A DNA stretch of 64,000 nt from the human T2T-CHM13v2.0 reference genome, Homo sapiens: NCBI RefSeq assembly GCF_009914755.1, contig NC_060926.1; one strand, given 5' to 3'. The notes beneath the pieces were generated by a model that was given only the letters and a program-made list of their open reading frames with translations, made no database searches and was not told the origin of the DNA. Below, in pieces: positions 24,544 to 39,200 of this stretch. Position 1 is the first letter of the stretch, and each line of letters opens with the position of its first letter. Both the position numbers and the translations under genes were made by a program.

Positions 24544-27500
24544 TAACTTCTTTGTGATGTTTGCATTCAAGTCAGAGAGTTGAACATTCCCTTTCATAGA
24601 GCAGGTTTGAAACACTCTTTTTGAAGTATCTGGTTGTGGACATTTGGAGCGCTTTCTGGCCTATGGTGAAAAAGGAAATATCTTCCCCTGAAAACTAGAC
24701 AGAAGCATTCTCAGAAACTTATTTGTGATGTGCGCCCTCAACTAACAGTGTTGAACCTTTCTTTTGATAGAGCAGTTTTGAAACACTCTTTTTGTAATAT
24801 CTGCAAGAGGATATTTGGATAGCTTTGAGGATTTCGTTGGAAACGGGATTGTCTTCATATAAACTCTAGACAGAAGCATTCTCAGAAGCTTCATTGGGAT
24901 GTTTCAATTGAAGTCAAAGTGTTGAACAGTCCCTTTCATAGAGCAGGTTTGAAACACTCTTTTTGTAGTATCTGGAAGTGGACATTTGGAGCGCTCTCAG
25001 GACTACGATGATAAAGGAAATATCTTCCAATAAAAGCTAGATAGAAGCAATGTCAGAAACTTTTTCATGATGTATCTACTCAGCTAACAGAGTTGAACCT
25101 TTCTTTTGAGAGAGCAGTTTTGAAACACTCTTTTTGTGGAATCTGCAAGTGGATATTTGTCTAGCTTTGAGGATTTCGTTGGAAACGGGATTATATATAA
25201 AAAGCAGACAGCAGCATTCCCAGTAACTTCTTTGTGATGTTTGCATTCAAGTCACAGAGTTGAACATTCCCTTTCATAGAGCAGGTTTGAAACACTTTTT
25301 TTGTAGTATCTGGATGTGGACATTTGGAGCGCTTTCAGGCCTATGGTGAAAAAGGAAATATCTTCCAATAAAAGCTACATAGAAGCAATGTCAGAAACTT
25401 TTTCATGATGTATCTACTCAGCTAACAGAGTTGAACCTTTCTTTTGAGAGAGCAGTTTTGAAACACTCTTTTTGTAAAATCTGCAAGAGGATATTTGGAT
25501 AGCTTTGAGGATTTCGTTGGAAACGGGATTGTCTTCATATAAACTCTAGACAGAAGCATTCTCAGAAGCGTCATTGGGATGTTTCAATTGAAGTCACAGT
25601 GTTGAACAGTCCCTTTCATAGAGCAGGTTTGAAACACTCTTTTTGTAGTATCTGGATGTGGACATTTGGAGCGCTTTCAGGCCTATGGTTTAAAAGGAAA
25701 TATCTTCCCCTGAAAACTAGACAGAAGCATTCTCAGAAACTTATTTGTGATGTGCGCCTTCAACTAACAGTGTTGAAGCATTCTTTTGATAGAGCAGTTT
25801 TGAAACACTCTTTTTGTGGAATCTGCAAGTGGATATTTGTCTAGCTTTGAGGATTTCGTTGGAAACGGGATTACATATAAAAAGCAGACAGCAGCATTCC
25901 CAGAAACTTCTTTGTGATGTTTGCATTCAAGTCACAGAGTTGAACATTCCCTTTCAGAGAGCAGGTTTGAAACACTCTTTTTGTAGTATCTGGATGTGGA
26001 CATTTGGAGCGCTTTCAGGCCTATGGTGAAAAAGGAAATATCTTCCCCTGAAAACTAGACAGAAGCATTCTCAGAATCTTATTTGTGATGTGCGCCCTCA
26101 ACTAACAGTGTTGAAGCTTTCTTTTGATAGAGCAGTTTTGAAACACTCTTTTTGTAAAATCTGCAAGAGGATATTTGGATAGCTTTGAGGATTTCGTTGG
26201 AAACGGGATTGTCTTCATATAAACTCTAGACAGAAGCATTCTCAGAAGCTTCATTGGGATGTTTCAATTGAAGTCACAGTGTTGAACATTCCCTTTCATA
26301 GAGCAGGTTTGAAACACTCTTTTTGTAGTATCTGGAAGTGGACATTTGGAGCGCTCTCAGGACTGCGGTGAAAAAGGAACTATCTTCCAATAAAAGCTAG
26401 ATAGAAGCAATGTCAGAAACTTTTTCATGATGTATCTACTCAGCTAACAGAGTTGAACCTTCCTTTGAGAGAGCAGTTTTGAAACACTCTTTTTGTGGAA
26501 TCTGCAAGTGGATATTTGTCTAGCTTTGAGGATTTCGTTGGAAACGGGATTACATATAAAAAGCAGACAGCAGCATTCCCAGAAACTTCTTTGTGATGTT
26601 TGCATTCAAGTCACAGAGTTGAACATTCCCTTTCATAGAGCAGGTTTGAAACACTCTTTTTGTAGTATCTGGATGTGGACATTTGCAGCGCTTTCAGGCC
26701 TAAGGTGAAAAAGGAAATATCTTCCCCTGAAAACTAGACAGAAGCATTCTCAGAAACTTATTTGTGATGTGCGCCCTCAACTAACAGTGTTGAAGCTTTC
26801 TTTTGATAGAGCAGTTTTGAAACACTCTTTTTGTAATATCTGCAAGAGGATATTTGGATAGCTTTGAGGATTTCGTTGGAAACGGGATTGTCTTCATATA
26901 AACTCTAGACAGAAGCATTCTCAGAAGCTTCATTGGGATGTTTCAATTGAAGTCACAGTGTTGAACAGTTCCTTTCATAGAACAGGTTTGAAACACTCTT
27001 TTTGTAGTATCTGGAAGTGGACATTTGGAGCGCTCTCAGGACTGCGGTGAAAAAGGAAATATCTTCCAATAAAAGCTACATAGAAGCAATGTCAGAAACT
27101 TTTTCATGATGTATCTACTCAGCTAACAGAGTTGAACCTTTCCTTTGAGAGAGCAGTTTTGAAACACTCTTTTTGTGGAATCTGCAAGTGGATGTTTTCT
27201 AGCTTTGAGGATTTCGTTGGAAACGGGATTACATATAAAAAGCAGACAGCAGCATTCCCAGTAACTTCTTTGTGATGTTTGCATTCAAGTCACAGAGTTG
27301 AACATTCCCTTTCATAGAGCAGGTTTGAAACACTCTTTTTGTAGTATCTGGATGTGGACATTTGGAGCGCTTTCAGGCCTACGGTGAAAAAGGAAATATC
27401 TTCCCCTGAAAACTAGACAGAAGCATTCTCAGAATCTTATTTGTGATGTGCGCCCTCAACTAACAGTGTTGAAGCTTTCTTTTGATAGAGCAGTTTTGAA

Positions 27501-28909
27501 ACACTCTTTTTGTAAAATCTGCAAGAGGATATTTGGATAGCTTTGAGGATTTCGTTGGAAACGGGATTGTCTTCATATAAACTCTAGACAGAAGCATTCT
27601 CAGAAGCTTCATTGGGATGTTTCAATTGAAGTCACAGTGTTGAACAGTCCCTTTCATAGAGCAGGTTTGAAACACTCTTTTTGTAGTATCTGGATGTGGA
27701 CATTTGGAGTGCTTTCAGGCCTATGGTTTAAAAGAAAATATCTTCCCCTGAAAACTAGACAGAAGCATTCTCAGAAACTTATTTGTGATGTGCGCCCTCA
27801 ACTAACAGTGTTGAAGCATTCTTTTGATAGAGCAGTTTTGAAACACTCTTTTTGTGGAATCTGCAAGTGGATATTTGTCTAGCTTTGAGGATTTCGTTGG
27901 AAACGGGATTACATATAAAAAGCAGACAGCAGCATTCCCAGAAACTTCTTTGTGATGTTTGCATTCAAGTCACAGAGTTGAACATTCCCTTTCATAGAGC
28001 AGGTTTGAAACACTCTTTTTGTAGTATCTGGATGTGGACATTTGGAGCGCTTTCAGGCCTATGGTGAAAAAGGAAATATCTTCCCCTGAAAACTAGACAG
28101 AAGCATTCTCAGAAACTTATTTGTGATGTGCGCCCTCAACTAACAGTGTTGAAGCTTTCTTTTGATAGAGCAGTTTTGAAACACTCTTTTTGTAATATCT
28201 GCAAGAGGATATTTGGATAGCTTTGAGGATTTCGTTGGAAACGGGATTGTCTTCATATAAACTCTAGACAGAAGCATTCTCAGAAGCTTCATTGGGATGT
28301 TTCAATTGAAGTCACAGTGTTGAACAGTCCCTTTCATAGAGCAGGTTTGAAACACTCTTTTTGTAGTATCTGGAAGTGGACATTTGGAGAGATCTCAGGA
28401 ATACGGTGATAAAGGAAATATCTTCCAATTAAAGCTACATAGAAGCAATGTCAGAAACTTTTTCATGATGTATCTACTCAGCTAACAGAGTTGAACCTTT
28501 CCTTTGAGAGAGCAGTTTTGAAACACTCTTTTTGTGGAATCTGCAAGTGGATATTTGTCTAGCTTTGAGGATTTCGTTGGAAACGGGATTACATATAAAA
28601 AGCAGACAGCAGCATTCCCAGAATCTTCTTTGTGATGTTTGCATTCAAGTCACAGAGTTGAACATTCCCTTTCATAGAGCAGGTTTGAAACACTCTTTTT
28701 GTAGTATCTGGATGTGGACATTTGGAGCGCTTTCAGGCCTATGGTGAAAAAGGAAATATCTTCCCCTGAAAACTAGACAGAAGAATTCTCAGAATCTTAT
28801 TTGTGATGTGCGCCCTCAACTAACAGTGTTGAAGCTTTCTTTTGATAGAGCAGTTTTGAAACACTCTTTTTGTAAAATCTGCAAGAGGATATTTGGATAG
28901 CTTTGAGGA

Positions 28910-28926
28910 TTTCGTTGGAAACGGTA
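28910..28926 (+). promoter_or_regulatory. Mutated CENP-B box (G16>T, essential base)
   Basis: TTTCGTTGGAAACGGTA, seen only once in the window. Confidence 0.87.
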
Positions 28927-30268
28927 TTGTCTTCATATAAACTCTAGACAGAAGCATTCTCAGAAGCTTCATTGGGATGTTTCAATTGAAGTCACAGTGT
29001 TGAACAGTCCCTTTCGTAGAGCAGGTTTGAAACACTCTTTTTGTAGTATCTGGAAGTGGACATTTGGAGCGCTCTCAGGACTGCAGTGAAAAAGGAAATA
29101 TCTTCCAATAAAAGCTAGATAGAAGCAATGTCAGAAACTTTTTCATGATGTATCTACTCAGCTAACAGAGTTGAACCTTCCGTTGAGAGAGCAGTTTTGA
29201 AACACTCTTTTTGTGGAATCTGCAAGTGGATATTTGTCTAGCTTTGAGGATTTCGTTGGAAACGGGATTACGTATAAAAAGCAGACAGCAGCATTCCCAG
29301 TAACTTCTTTGTGATGTTTATATTCAAGTCACAGAGTTGAACACTCCCTTTCATAGAGCAGGTTTGAAACACTCTTTTTGTAGTATCTGGATGTGGACAT
29401 TTGCAGCGCTTTCAGGCCTAAGGTGAAAAAGGAAATATCTTCCCCTGAAAACTAGACAGAAGCATTCTCAGAATCTTATTTGTGATGTGCGCCCTCAACT
29501 AACAGTGTTGAAGCTTTCTTTTGATAGAGCCGTTTTGAAACACTCTTTTTGTAATATCTGCAAGAGGATATTTGGATAGCTTTGAGGATTTCGTTGGAAA
29601 CGGGATTGTCTTCATATAAACTCTAGACAGAAGCATTCTCAGAAGCTTCATCGGGATGTTTCAATTGAAGTCACAGTGTCGAACAGTTCCTTTCATAGAA
29701 CAGGTTTGAAACACTCTTTTTGTAGTATCTGGAAGTGGACATTTGGAGCGCTCTCAGGACTATGGTGAAAAAGGAAATATCTTCCAATAAAAGCTACAGA
29801 GAAGCAATGTCAGAAACTTTTTCATGATGTATCTACTCAGCTAACAGAGTTGAACCTTTCCTTTGAGAGAGCAGTTTTGAAACACTCTTTTTGTGGAATC
29901 TGCAAGTGGATATTTGCTTAGCTTTGAGGATTTCGTTGGAAACGGGATTACATATAAAAAGCAGACAGCAGCATTCCCAGTAACTTCTTTGTGATGTTTG
30001 CATTCACGTCACAGAGTTGAACATTCCCTTTCATAGAGCAGGTTTGAAACACTCTTTTTGTAGTATCTGGATGTGGACATTTGGAGCGCTTTCAGGCCTA
30101 TGGTTTAAAAGGAAATATCTTCCCCTGAAAACTAGACAGAAGCATTCTCAGAAACTTATTTGTGATGTGCGCCCTCAACTAACAGTGTTGAAGCATTCTT
30201 TTGATAGAGCAGTTTTGAAACACTCTTTTTGTGGAATCTGCAAGTGGATATTTGTCTAGCTTTGAGGA

Positions 30269-33200
30269 TTTCGTTGGAAACGGGATTACATATAAAAAGC
30301 AGACAGCAGCATTACCAGAAACTTCTTTGTGATGTTTGCATTCAAGTCACAGAGTTGAACATTCCCTTTCATAGAGCAGGTTTGAAACACTCTTTTTGTA
30401 GTATCTGGATGTGGACATTTGGAGTGCTTTCAGGCCTATGGTGAAAAAGGAAATATCTTCCCCTGAAAACTAGACAGAAGCATTCTCAGAAACTTATTTG
30501 TGATGTGCGACCTCAACTAACAGTGTTGAACCTTTCTTTTGATAGAGCAGTTTTGAAACACACTTTTTGTAATATCTGCAAGAGGATATTTGGATAGCTT
30601 TGAGGATTTCGTTGGAAACGGGATTGTCTTCATATAAACTCTAGACAGAAGCATTCTCAGAAGCTTCATTGGGATGTTTCAATTGAAGTCACAGTGTTGA
30701 ACATTTCCTTTCATAGAACAGGTTTGAAACACTCTTTTTGTAGTATCTGGAAGTGGACATTTGGAGCGCTCTCAGGACTATGGTGAAAAAGGAAATATCT
30801 TCCAATAAAAGCTACATAGAAGCAATGTCAGAAACTTTTTCATGATGTATCTACTCAGCTAACAGAGTTGAACCTTTCCTTTGAGAGAGCAGTTTTGAAA
30901 CACTCTTTTTGTGGAATCTGCAAGTGGATATTTGTCTAGCTTTGAGGATTTCGTTGGAAACGGGATTACATATAAAAAGCAGACAGCAGCATTGCCAGAA
31001 ACTTCTTTGTGATGTTTGCATTCAAGTCACAGAGTTGAACATTCCCTTTCATAGAGCAGGTTTGAAACACTCTTTTTGTAGTATCTGGATGTGGACATTT
31101 GGAGCGCTTTCAGGCCTATGGTGAAAAAGGAAATATCTTCCCCTGAAAACTAGACAGAAGCATTCTCAGAAACTTATTTGTGATGTGCGCCCTCAACTAA
31201 CAGTGTTGAACCTTTCTTTTGATAGAGCAGTTTTGAAACACTCTTTTTGTAATATCTGCAAGAGGATATTTGGATAGCTTTGAGGATTTCGTTGGAAACG
31301 GGATTGTCTTCATATAAACTCTAGACAGAAGCATTCTCAGAAGCTTCATTGGGATGTTTCAATTGAAGTCACAGTGTTGAACATTTCCTTTCATAGAACA
31401 GGTTTGAAACACTCTTTTTGTAGTATCTGGAAGTGGACATTTGGAGCGCTCTCAGGACTATGGTGAAAAAGGAAATATCTTCCAATAAAAGCTACATAGA
31501 AGCAATGTCAGAAACTTTTTCATGATGTATCTACTCAGCTAACAGAGTGGAACCTTTCTTTTGAGAGAGAAGTTTTGAAACACTCTTTTTGTGGATTCTG
31601 CAAGTGGATATTTGTCTAGATTTGAGGATTTCGTTGGAAACGGGTTTACATATGAAAAGCAGACAGCAGCATTCCCAGTAACTTCTTTGTGATGTTTGCA
31701 TTCAAGTCACAGAGTTGAACACTCCCTTTCATAGAGCAGGTTTGAAACACTCTTTTTGTAGTATCTGGATGTGGACATTTGCAGCGCTTTCAGGCCTAAG
31801 GTGAAAAAGGAAATATCTTCCCCTGAAAACTAGACAGAAGCATTCTCAGAAACTTATTTGTGATGTGCGCCCTCAACTAACACTGTTGAAGCTTTCTTTT
31901 GATAGAGCAGTTTTGAAACACTCTTTTTGTAATATCTGCAAGAGGATATTTGGATAGCTTTGAGGATTTCGTTGGAAACGGGATTGTCTTCATATAAACT
32001 CTAGACAGAAGCATTCTCAGAAGCTTCATTGGGATGTTTCAATTGAAGTCACAGTGTTGAACAGTTCCTTTCATAGAACAGGTTTGAAACACTCTTTTTG
32101 TAGTATCTGGAAGTGGACATTTGGAGCGCTCTCAGGACTATGGTGAAAAAGGAAATATCTTCCAATAAAAGCTACATAGAAGCAATGTCAGAAACTTTTT
32201 CATGATGTATCTACTCAGCTAACAGAGTTGAACCTTTCCTTTGAGAGAGCAGTTTTGAAACACTCTTTTTGTGGAATCTACAAGTGGATATTTGCTTAGA
32301 TTTGAGGATTTCGTTGGAAACGGGATTACATATAAAAAGCAGACAGCAGCATTCCCAGTAACTTCTTTGTGATGTTTTCATTCAAGTCACAGAGTTGAAC
32401 ATTCCCTTTCATAGAGCAGGTTTGAAACACTCTTTTTGTAGTATCTGGATGTGGACATTTGGAGCGCTTTCAGGCCTATGGTGAAAAAGGAAATATCTTC
32501 CCCTGAAAACTACACAGAAGCATTCTCAGAATCTTATTTGTGATGTGCGCCCTCAACTAACAGTGTTGAAGCTTTCTTTTGATAGAGCAGTTTTGAAACA
32601 CTCTTTTTGTAAAATCTGCAAGAGGATATTTGGATAGCTTTGAGGATTTCGTTGGAAACGGGATTGTCTTCATATAAACTCTAGACAGAAGCATTCTCAG
32701 AAGCTTCATTGGGATGTTTCAATTGAAGTCACAGTGTTGAACAGTCCCTTTCATAGAGCAGGTTTGAAACACTCTTTTTATAGTATCTGGATGTGGACAT
32801 TTGGAGCGCTTTCAGGCCTATGGTTTAAAAGGAAATATCTTCCCCTGAAAACTAGACAGAAGCATTCTCAGAAACTTATTTGTGATGTGCGCCCTTAACT
32901 AACAGTGTTGAAGCATTCTTTTGATAGAGCAGTTTTGAAACACTCTTTTTGTGGAATCTGCAAGTGGATATTTGTCTAGCTTTGAGGATTTCGTTGGAAA
33001 CGGGATTACATATAAAAAGCAGACAGCAGCATTCCCAGAAACTTCTTTGTGATGTTTGCATTCAAGTCACAGAGTTGAACATTCCCTTTCATAGACCAGG
33101 TTTGAAACACTCTTTTTGTAGTATCTGGATGTGGACATTTGGAGCGCTTTCAGGCCTATGGTGAAAAAGGAAATATCTTCCCTGAAAACTAGACAGAAGC

Positions 33201-36200
33201 ATTCTCAGAAACTTATTTGTGATGTGCGCCCTCAACTAACAGTGTTGAACCTTTCTTTTGATAGAGCAGTTTTGAAACACTCTTTTTGTAATATCTGCAA
33301 GAGGATATTTGGATAGCTTTGAGGATTTCGTTGGAAACGGGATTGTCTTCATATAAACTCTAGACAGAAGCATTCTCAGAAGCTTCATTGGGATGTTTCA
33401 ATTGAAGTCACAGTGTTGAACAGTCCCTTTCATAGAGCAGGTTTGAAACACTCTTTTTGTAGTATCTGGATGTGGACATTTGGAGCGCTTTCAGGCCTAT
33501 GGTTTAAAAGGAAATATCTTCCCCTGAAAACTAGACAGAAGCATTCTCAGAAACTTATTTGTGATGTGCGCCCTCAACTACCAGTGTTGAAGCATTCTTT
33601 TGATAGAGCAGTTTTGAAACACTCTTTTTGTGGAATCTGCAAGTGGATATTTGTCTAGCTTTGAGGATTTCGTTGGAAACGGGATTACATATAAAAAGCA
33701 GACAGCAGCATTCCCAGAAACTTCTTTGTGATGTTTGCATTCAAGTCACAGAGTTGAACATTCCCTTTCATAGAGCAGGTTTGAAACACTCTTTTTGAAG
33801 TATCTGGATGTGGACATTTGGAGCGCTTTCAGGCCTATGGTGAAAAAGGAAATATCTTCCCCTGAAAACTAGACAGAAGCATTCTCAGAAACTTCTTTGT
33901 GATGTGCGCCCTCAACTAACAGTGTTGAAGCTTTCTTTTGATAGAGCAGTTTTGAAACACTCTTTTTGTAATATCTGCAAGAGGATATTTGGATAGCTTT
34001 GAGGATTTCGTTGGAAACGGGATTCTCTTCATATAAACTCTAGACTGAAGCATTCTCAGAAGCTTCATTGGGATGTTTCAATTGAAGTCACAGTGTTGAA
34101 CAGTCCCTTTCATAGAGCAGGTTTGAAACACTCTTTTTGTAGTATCTGGAAGTGGACATTTGGAGCGCTCTCAGGACTCCGGTGATAAAGGAAATATCTT
34201 CCAATAAAAGCTAGATAGAAGCAATGTCAGAAACTTTTTCATGATGTATCTACTCAGCTAACAGAGTTGAACCTTTCTTTTGAGAGAGCAGTTTTGAAAC
34301 ACTCTTTTTGTGGAATCTGCAAGTGGATATTTGTCTAGCTTTGAGGATTTCGTTGGAAACGGGATTACATATAAAAAGCAGACAGCAGCATTCCCAGAAA
34401 CTTCTTTGTGATGTTTGCATTCAAATCACAGAGTTGAACATTCCCTTTCATAGAGCAGGTTTGAAACACTCTTTTTGTAGTATCTGTATGTGGACATTTG
34501 GAGCGCTTTCAGGCCTATGGTGAAAAAGGAAATATCTTCCCCTGAAAACTAGACAGAAGCATTCTCAGAAACTTATTTGTGATGTGCTCCCTCAACTAAC
34601 AGTGTTGAACCTTTCTTTTGATAGAGCAGTTTTGAAACACTCTTTTTGTAATATCTGCAAGAGGATATTTGGATAGCTTTAAGGATTTCGTTGGAAACGG
34701 GATTGTCTTCATATAAACTCTAGACAGAAGCATTCTCAGAAGCTTCATTGGGATGTTTCAATTGAAGTCACAGTGTTGAACAGTTCCTTTCATAGAACAG
34801 GTATGAAACACTCTTTTTGTAGTATCTGGAAGTGGACATTTGGAGCGCTCTCAGGACTACGGTGAAAAAGGAAATATCTTCCAATAAAAGCTACATAGAA
34901 GCAATGTTAGAAACTTTTTCATGATGTATCTACTCAGCTAACAGGGTTGAACCTTTCCTTTGAGAGAGCAGTTTTGAAACACTCTTTTTGTGGAATCTGC
35001 AAGTGGATATTTGTCTAGCTTTGAGGATTTCGTTGGAAACGGGATTACATATAAAAAGCAGACAGCAGCATTCCCAGTAACTTCTTTGTGATGTTTGCAT
35101 TCAAGTCACAGAGTTGAACATTCCCTTTCATAGAGCAGGTTTGAAACACTCTTTTTGAAGTATCTGGATGTGGACATTTGGAGCGCTTTCAGGCCTATGG
35201 TGAAAAAGGAAATATCTTCCCCTGAAAACTAGACAGAAGCATTCTCAGAAACTTATTTGTGATGTGCGCCCTCAACTAACAGTGTTGAACCTTTCTTTTG
35301 ATAGAGCAGTTTTGAAACACTCTTTTTGTAATATCTGCAAGAGGATATTTGGATAGCTTTGAGGATTTCGTTGGAAACGGGATTGTCTTCATATAAACTC
35401 TAGACAGAAGCATTCTCAGAAGCTTCATTGGGATGTTTCAATTGAAGTCACAGTGTTGAACAGTCCCTTTCATAGAGCAGGTTTGAAACACTCTTTTTGT
35501 AGTATCTGTATGTGGACATTTGGAGCGCTTTCAGGCCTATGGTTTAAAAGGAAATATCTTCCCCTGAAAACTAGACAGAAGCATTCTCAGAAACTTATTT
35601 GTGATGTGCGCCCTCAACTAACAGTGTTGAAGCATTCTTTTGATAGAGCAGTTTGAAACACTCTTTTTGTGGAATCTGCAAGTGGATATTTGTCTAGCTT
35701 TGAGGATTTCGTTGGAAACGGGATTACATATAAAAAGCAGACAGCAGCATTCCCAGAAACTTCTTTGTGATGTTTGCATTCAAGTCACAGAGTTGAACAT
35801 TCCCTTTCATAGAGCAGGTTTGAAACACTCTTTTTGTAGTATCTCGATGTGGACATTTGGAGCGCTTTCAGGCCTATGGTGAAAAAGGAAATATCTTCCC
35901 ATGAAAACTAGACAGAAGCATTCTCAGAAACTTATTTGTGATGTGCGCCCTCAAATAACGGTGTTGAAGCTTTCTTTTGATAGAGCAGTTTTGAAACACT
36001 CTTTTTGTAATATCTGCAAGAGGATATTTGGATAGCTTTGAGGATTTCGTTGGAAACGGGATTGTCTTCATATAAACTCTAGACAGAAGCATTCTCAGAA
36101 GCTTCATTGGGATGTTTCAATTGAAGTCACAGTGTTGAACAGTCCCTTTCATAGAGCAGGTTTTAAACACTCTTTTTGTAGTATCTGGAAGTGGACATTT

Positions 36201-39200
36201 GGAGAGATCTCAGGACTACGGTGAAAAAGGAAATATCTTCCAATAAAAGCTAGATAGAAGCAATGTCAGAAACTTTTTCATGATGTATCTACTCAGCTAA
36301 CAGAGTTGAACCTTTCTTTTGAGAGAGCAGTTTTGAAACACTCTTTTTGTGGAATCTGCAAGTGGATATTTGTCTAGCTTTGAGGATTTCGTTGGAAACG
36401 GGATTACATATAAAAAGCAGACAGCAGCATTCCCAGAAACTTCTTTGTGATGTTTGCATTCAAGTCACAGAGTTGAACATTCCCTTTCATAGAGCAGGTT
36501 TGAAACACTCTTTTTGTAGTATCTGGATGTGGACATTTGGAGCGCTTTCAGGCCTATGGTGAAAAAGGAAATATCTTCCCCTGAAAACTAGACAGAAGCA
36601 TTCTCAGAAACTTATTTGTGATGTGCGCCCTCAACTAACAGTGTTGAACCTTTCTTTTGATAGAGCAGTTTTGAAACACTCTTTTTGTAAAATCTGCAAG
36701 AGGATATTTGGATAGCTTTGAGGATTTCGTTGGAAACGGGATTGTCTTCATATAATCTCTAGACAGAAGCATTCTCAGAAGCTTCATTGGGATGTTTCAA
36801 TTGAAGTCACAGTGTTGAACAGTCCCTTTCATAGAGCAGGTTTGAAACACTCTTTTTGTAGTATCTGGATGTGGACATTTGGAGCGCTTTCAGGCCTATG
36901 GTTTAAAAGGAAATATCTTCCCCTGAAAACTAGACAGAAGCATTCTCAGAAACTTATTTGTGATGTGCGCCCTCAACTAACAGTGTTGAAGCATTCTTTT
37001 GATAGAGCAGTTTTGAAACACTCTTTTTGTGGAATCTGCAAGTGGATATTTGTCTAGCTTTGAGGATTTCGTTGGAAACGGGATTACATATAAAAAGCAG
37101 ACAGCAGCATTCCCAGAAACTTCTTTGTGATGTTTGCATTCAAGTCACAGAGTTGAACATTCCCTTTCATAGAGCAGGTTTGAAACACTCTTTTTGTAGT
37201 ATCTGGATGTGGACATTTGGAGCGCTTTCAGGCCTATGGTGAAAAAGGAAATATCTTCCCATGAAAACTAGACAGAAGCATTCTCAGAAACTTATTTGTG
37301 ATGTGCGCCCTCAACTAACAGTGTTGAACCTTTCTTTTGATAGAGCAGTTTTGAAACACTCTTTTTGTAATATCTGCAAGAGGATATTTGGATAGCTTTG
37401 AGGATTTCGTTGGAAACGGGATTGTCTTCATATAAACTCTAGACAGAAGCATTCTCAGAAGCTTCATTGGGATGTTTCAATTGAAGTCACAGTGTTGAAC
37501 AGTCCCTTTCATAGAGCAGGTTTGAAACACTCTTTTTGTAGTACCTGGAAGTGGACATTTTGAGAGATCTCAGGAATACGGTGATAAAGGAAATATCTTC
37601 CAATAAAAGCTAGATAGAAGCAATGTCAGAAACTTTTTCATGATGTATCTACTCAGCTAACAGAGTTGAACCTTTCTTTTGAGAGAGCAGTTTTGAAACA
37701 CTCTTTTTGTGGAATCTGCAAGTGGATATTTGTCTAGCTTTGAGGATTTCGTTGGAAACGGGATTACATATAAAAAGCAGACAGCAGCATTCCCAGAAAC
37801 TTCTTTGTGATGTTTGCATTCAAGTCACAGAGTTGAACATTCCCTTTCATAGAGCAGGTTTGAAACACTCTTTTTGTAGTATCTGGATGTGGACATTTGG
37901 AGCGCTTTCAGGCCTATGGTGAAAAAGGAAATATCTTCCCCTGAAAACTAGACAGAAGCATTCTCAGAAACTTATTTGTGATGTGCGCCCTCAACTAACA
38001 GTGTTGAACCTTTCTTTTGATAGAGCAGTTTTGAAACACTCTTTTTGTAATATCTGCAAGAGGATATTTGGATAGCTTTGAGGATTTCGTTGGAAACGGG
38101 ATTGTCTTCATATAAACTCTAGACAGAAACATTCTCAGAAGCTTCATTGGGATGTTTCAATTGAAGTCACAGTGTTGAACAGTTCCTTTCATAGAACAGG
38201 TTTGAAACACTCTTTTTGTAGTATCTGGAAGTGGACATTTGGAGCGCTCTCAGGACTACGGTGAAAAAGGAAATATCTTCCAATAAAAGCTACATAGAAG
38301 CAATGTGAGAAACTTTTTCATGATGTATCTACTCAGCTAACAGAGTTGAACCTTTCCTTTGAGAGAGCAGTTTTGAAACACTCTTTTTGTGGAATCTGCA
38401 AGTGGATATTTGTCTAGCTTTGAGGATTTCGTTGGAGACGGGATTACATATAAAAAGCAGACAGCAGCATTCCCAGTAACTTCTTTCTGATGTTTGCATT
38501 CAAGTCACAGAGTTGAACATTCCCTTTCATAGAGCAGGTTTGAAACACTCTTTTTGAAGTATCTGGATGTGGACATTTGGAGCGCTTTCAGGCCTATGGT
38601 GAAAAAGGAAATATCTTCCCCTGAAAACTAGACAGAAGCATTCTCAGAAACTTATTTGTGATGTGCGCCCTCAACTAACAGTGTTGAACCTTTCTTTTGA
38701 TAGAGCAGTTTTGAAACACTCTTTTTGTAATATCTGCAAGAGGATATTTGGATAGCTTTGAGGATTTCGTTGGAAACGGGATTGTCTTCATATAAACTCT
38801 AGACAGAAGCATTCTCAGAAGCTTCATTGGGATGTTTCAATTGAAGTCACAGTGTTGAACAGTCCCTTTCATAGAGCAGGTTTGAAACACTCTTTTTGTA
38901 GTATCTGGAAGTGGACATTTGGAGCGCTCTCAGGACTCCGGTGATAAAGGAAATATCTTCCAATAAAAGCTACATAGAAGCAATGTCAGAAACTTTTTCA
39001 TGATGTATCTACTCAGCTAACAGAGTTGAACCTTTCTTTTGAGAGAGCAGTTTTGAAACACTCTTTTTGTGGAATCTGCAAGTGGATATTTGTCTAGCTT
39101 TGAGGATTTCGTTGGAAACGGGATTACATATAAAAAGCAGACAGCAGCATTCCCAGAATCTTCTTTGTGATGTTTGCATTCAAGTCACAGAGTTGAACAT

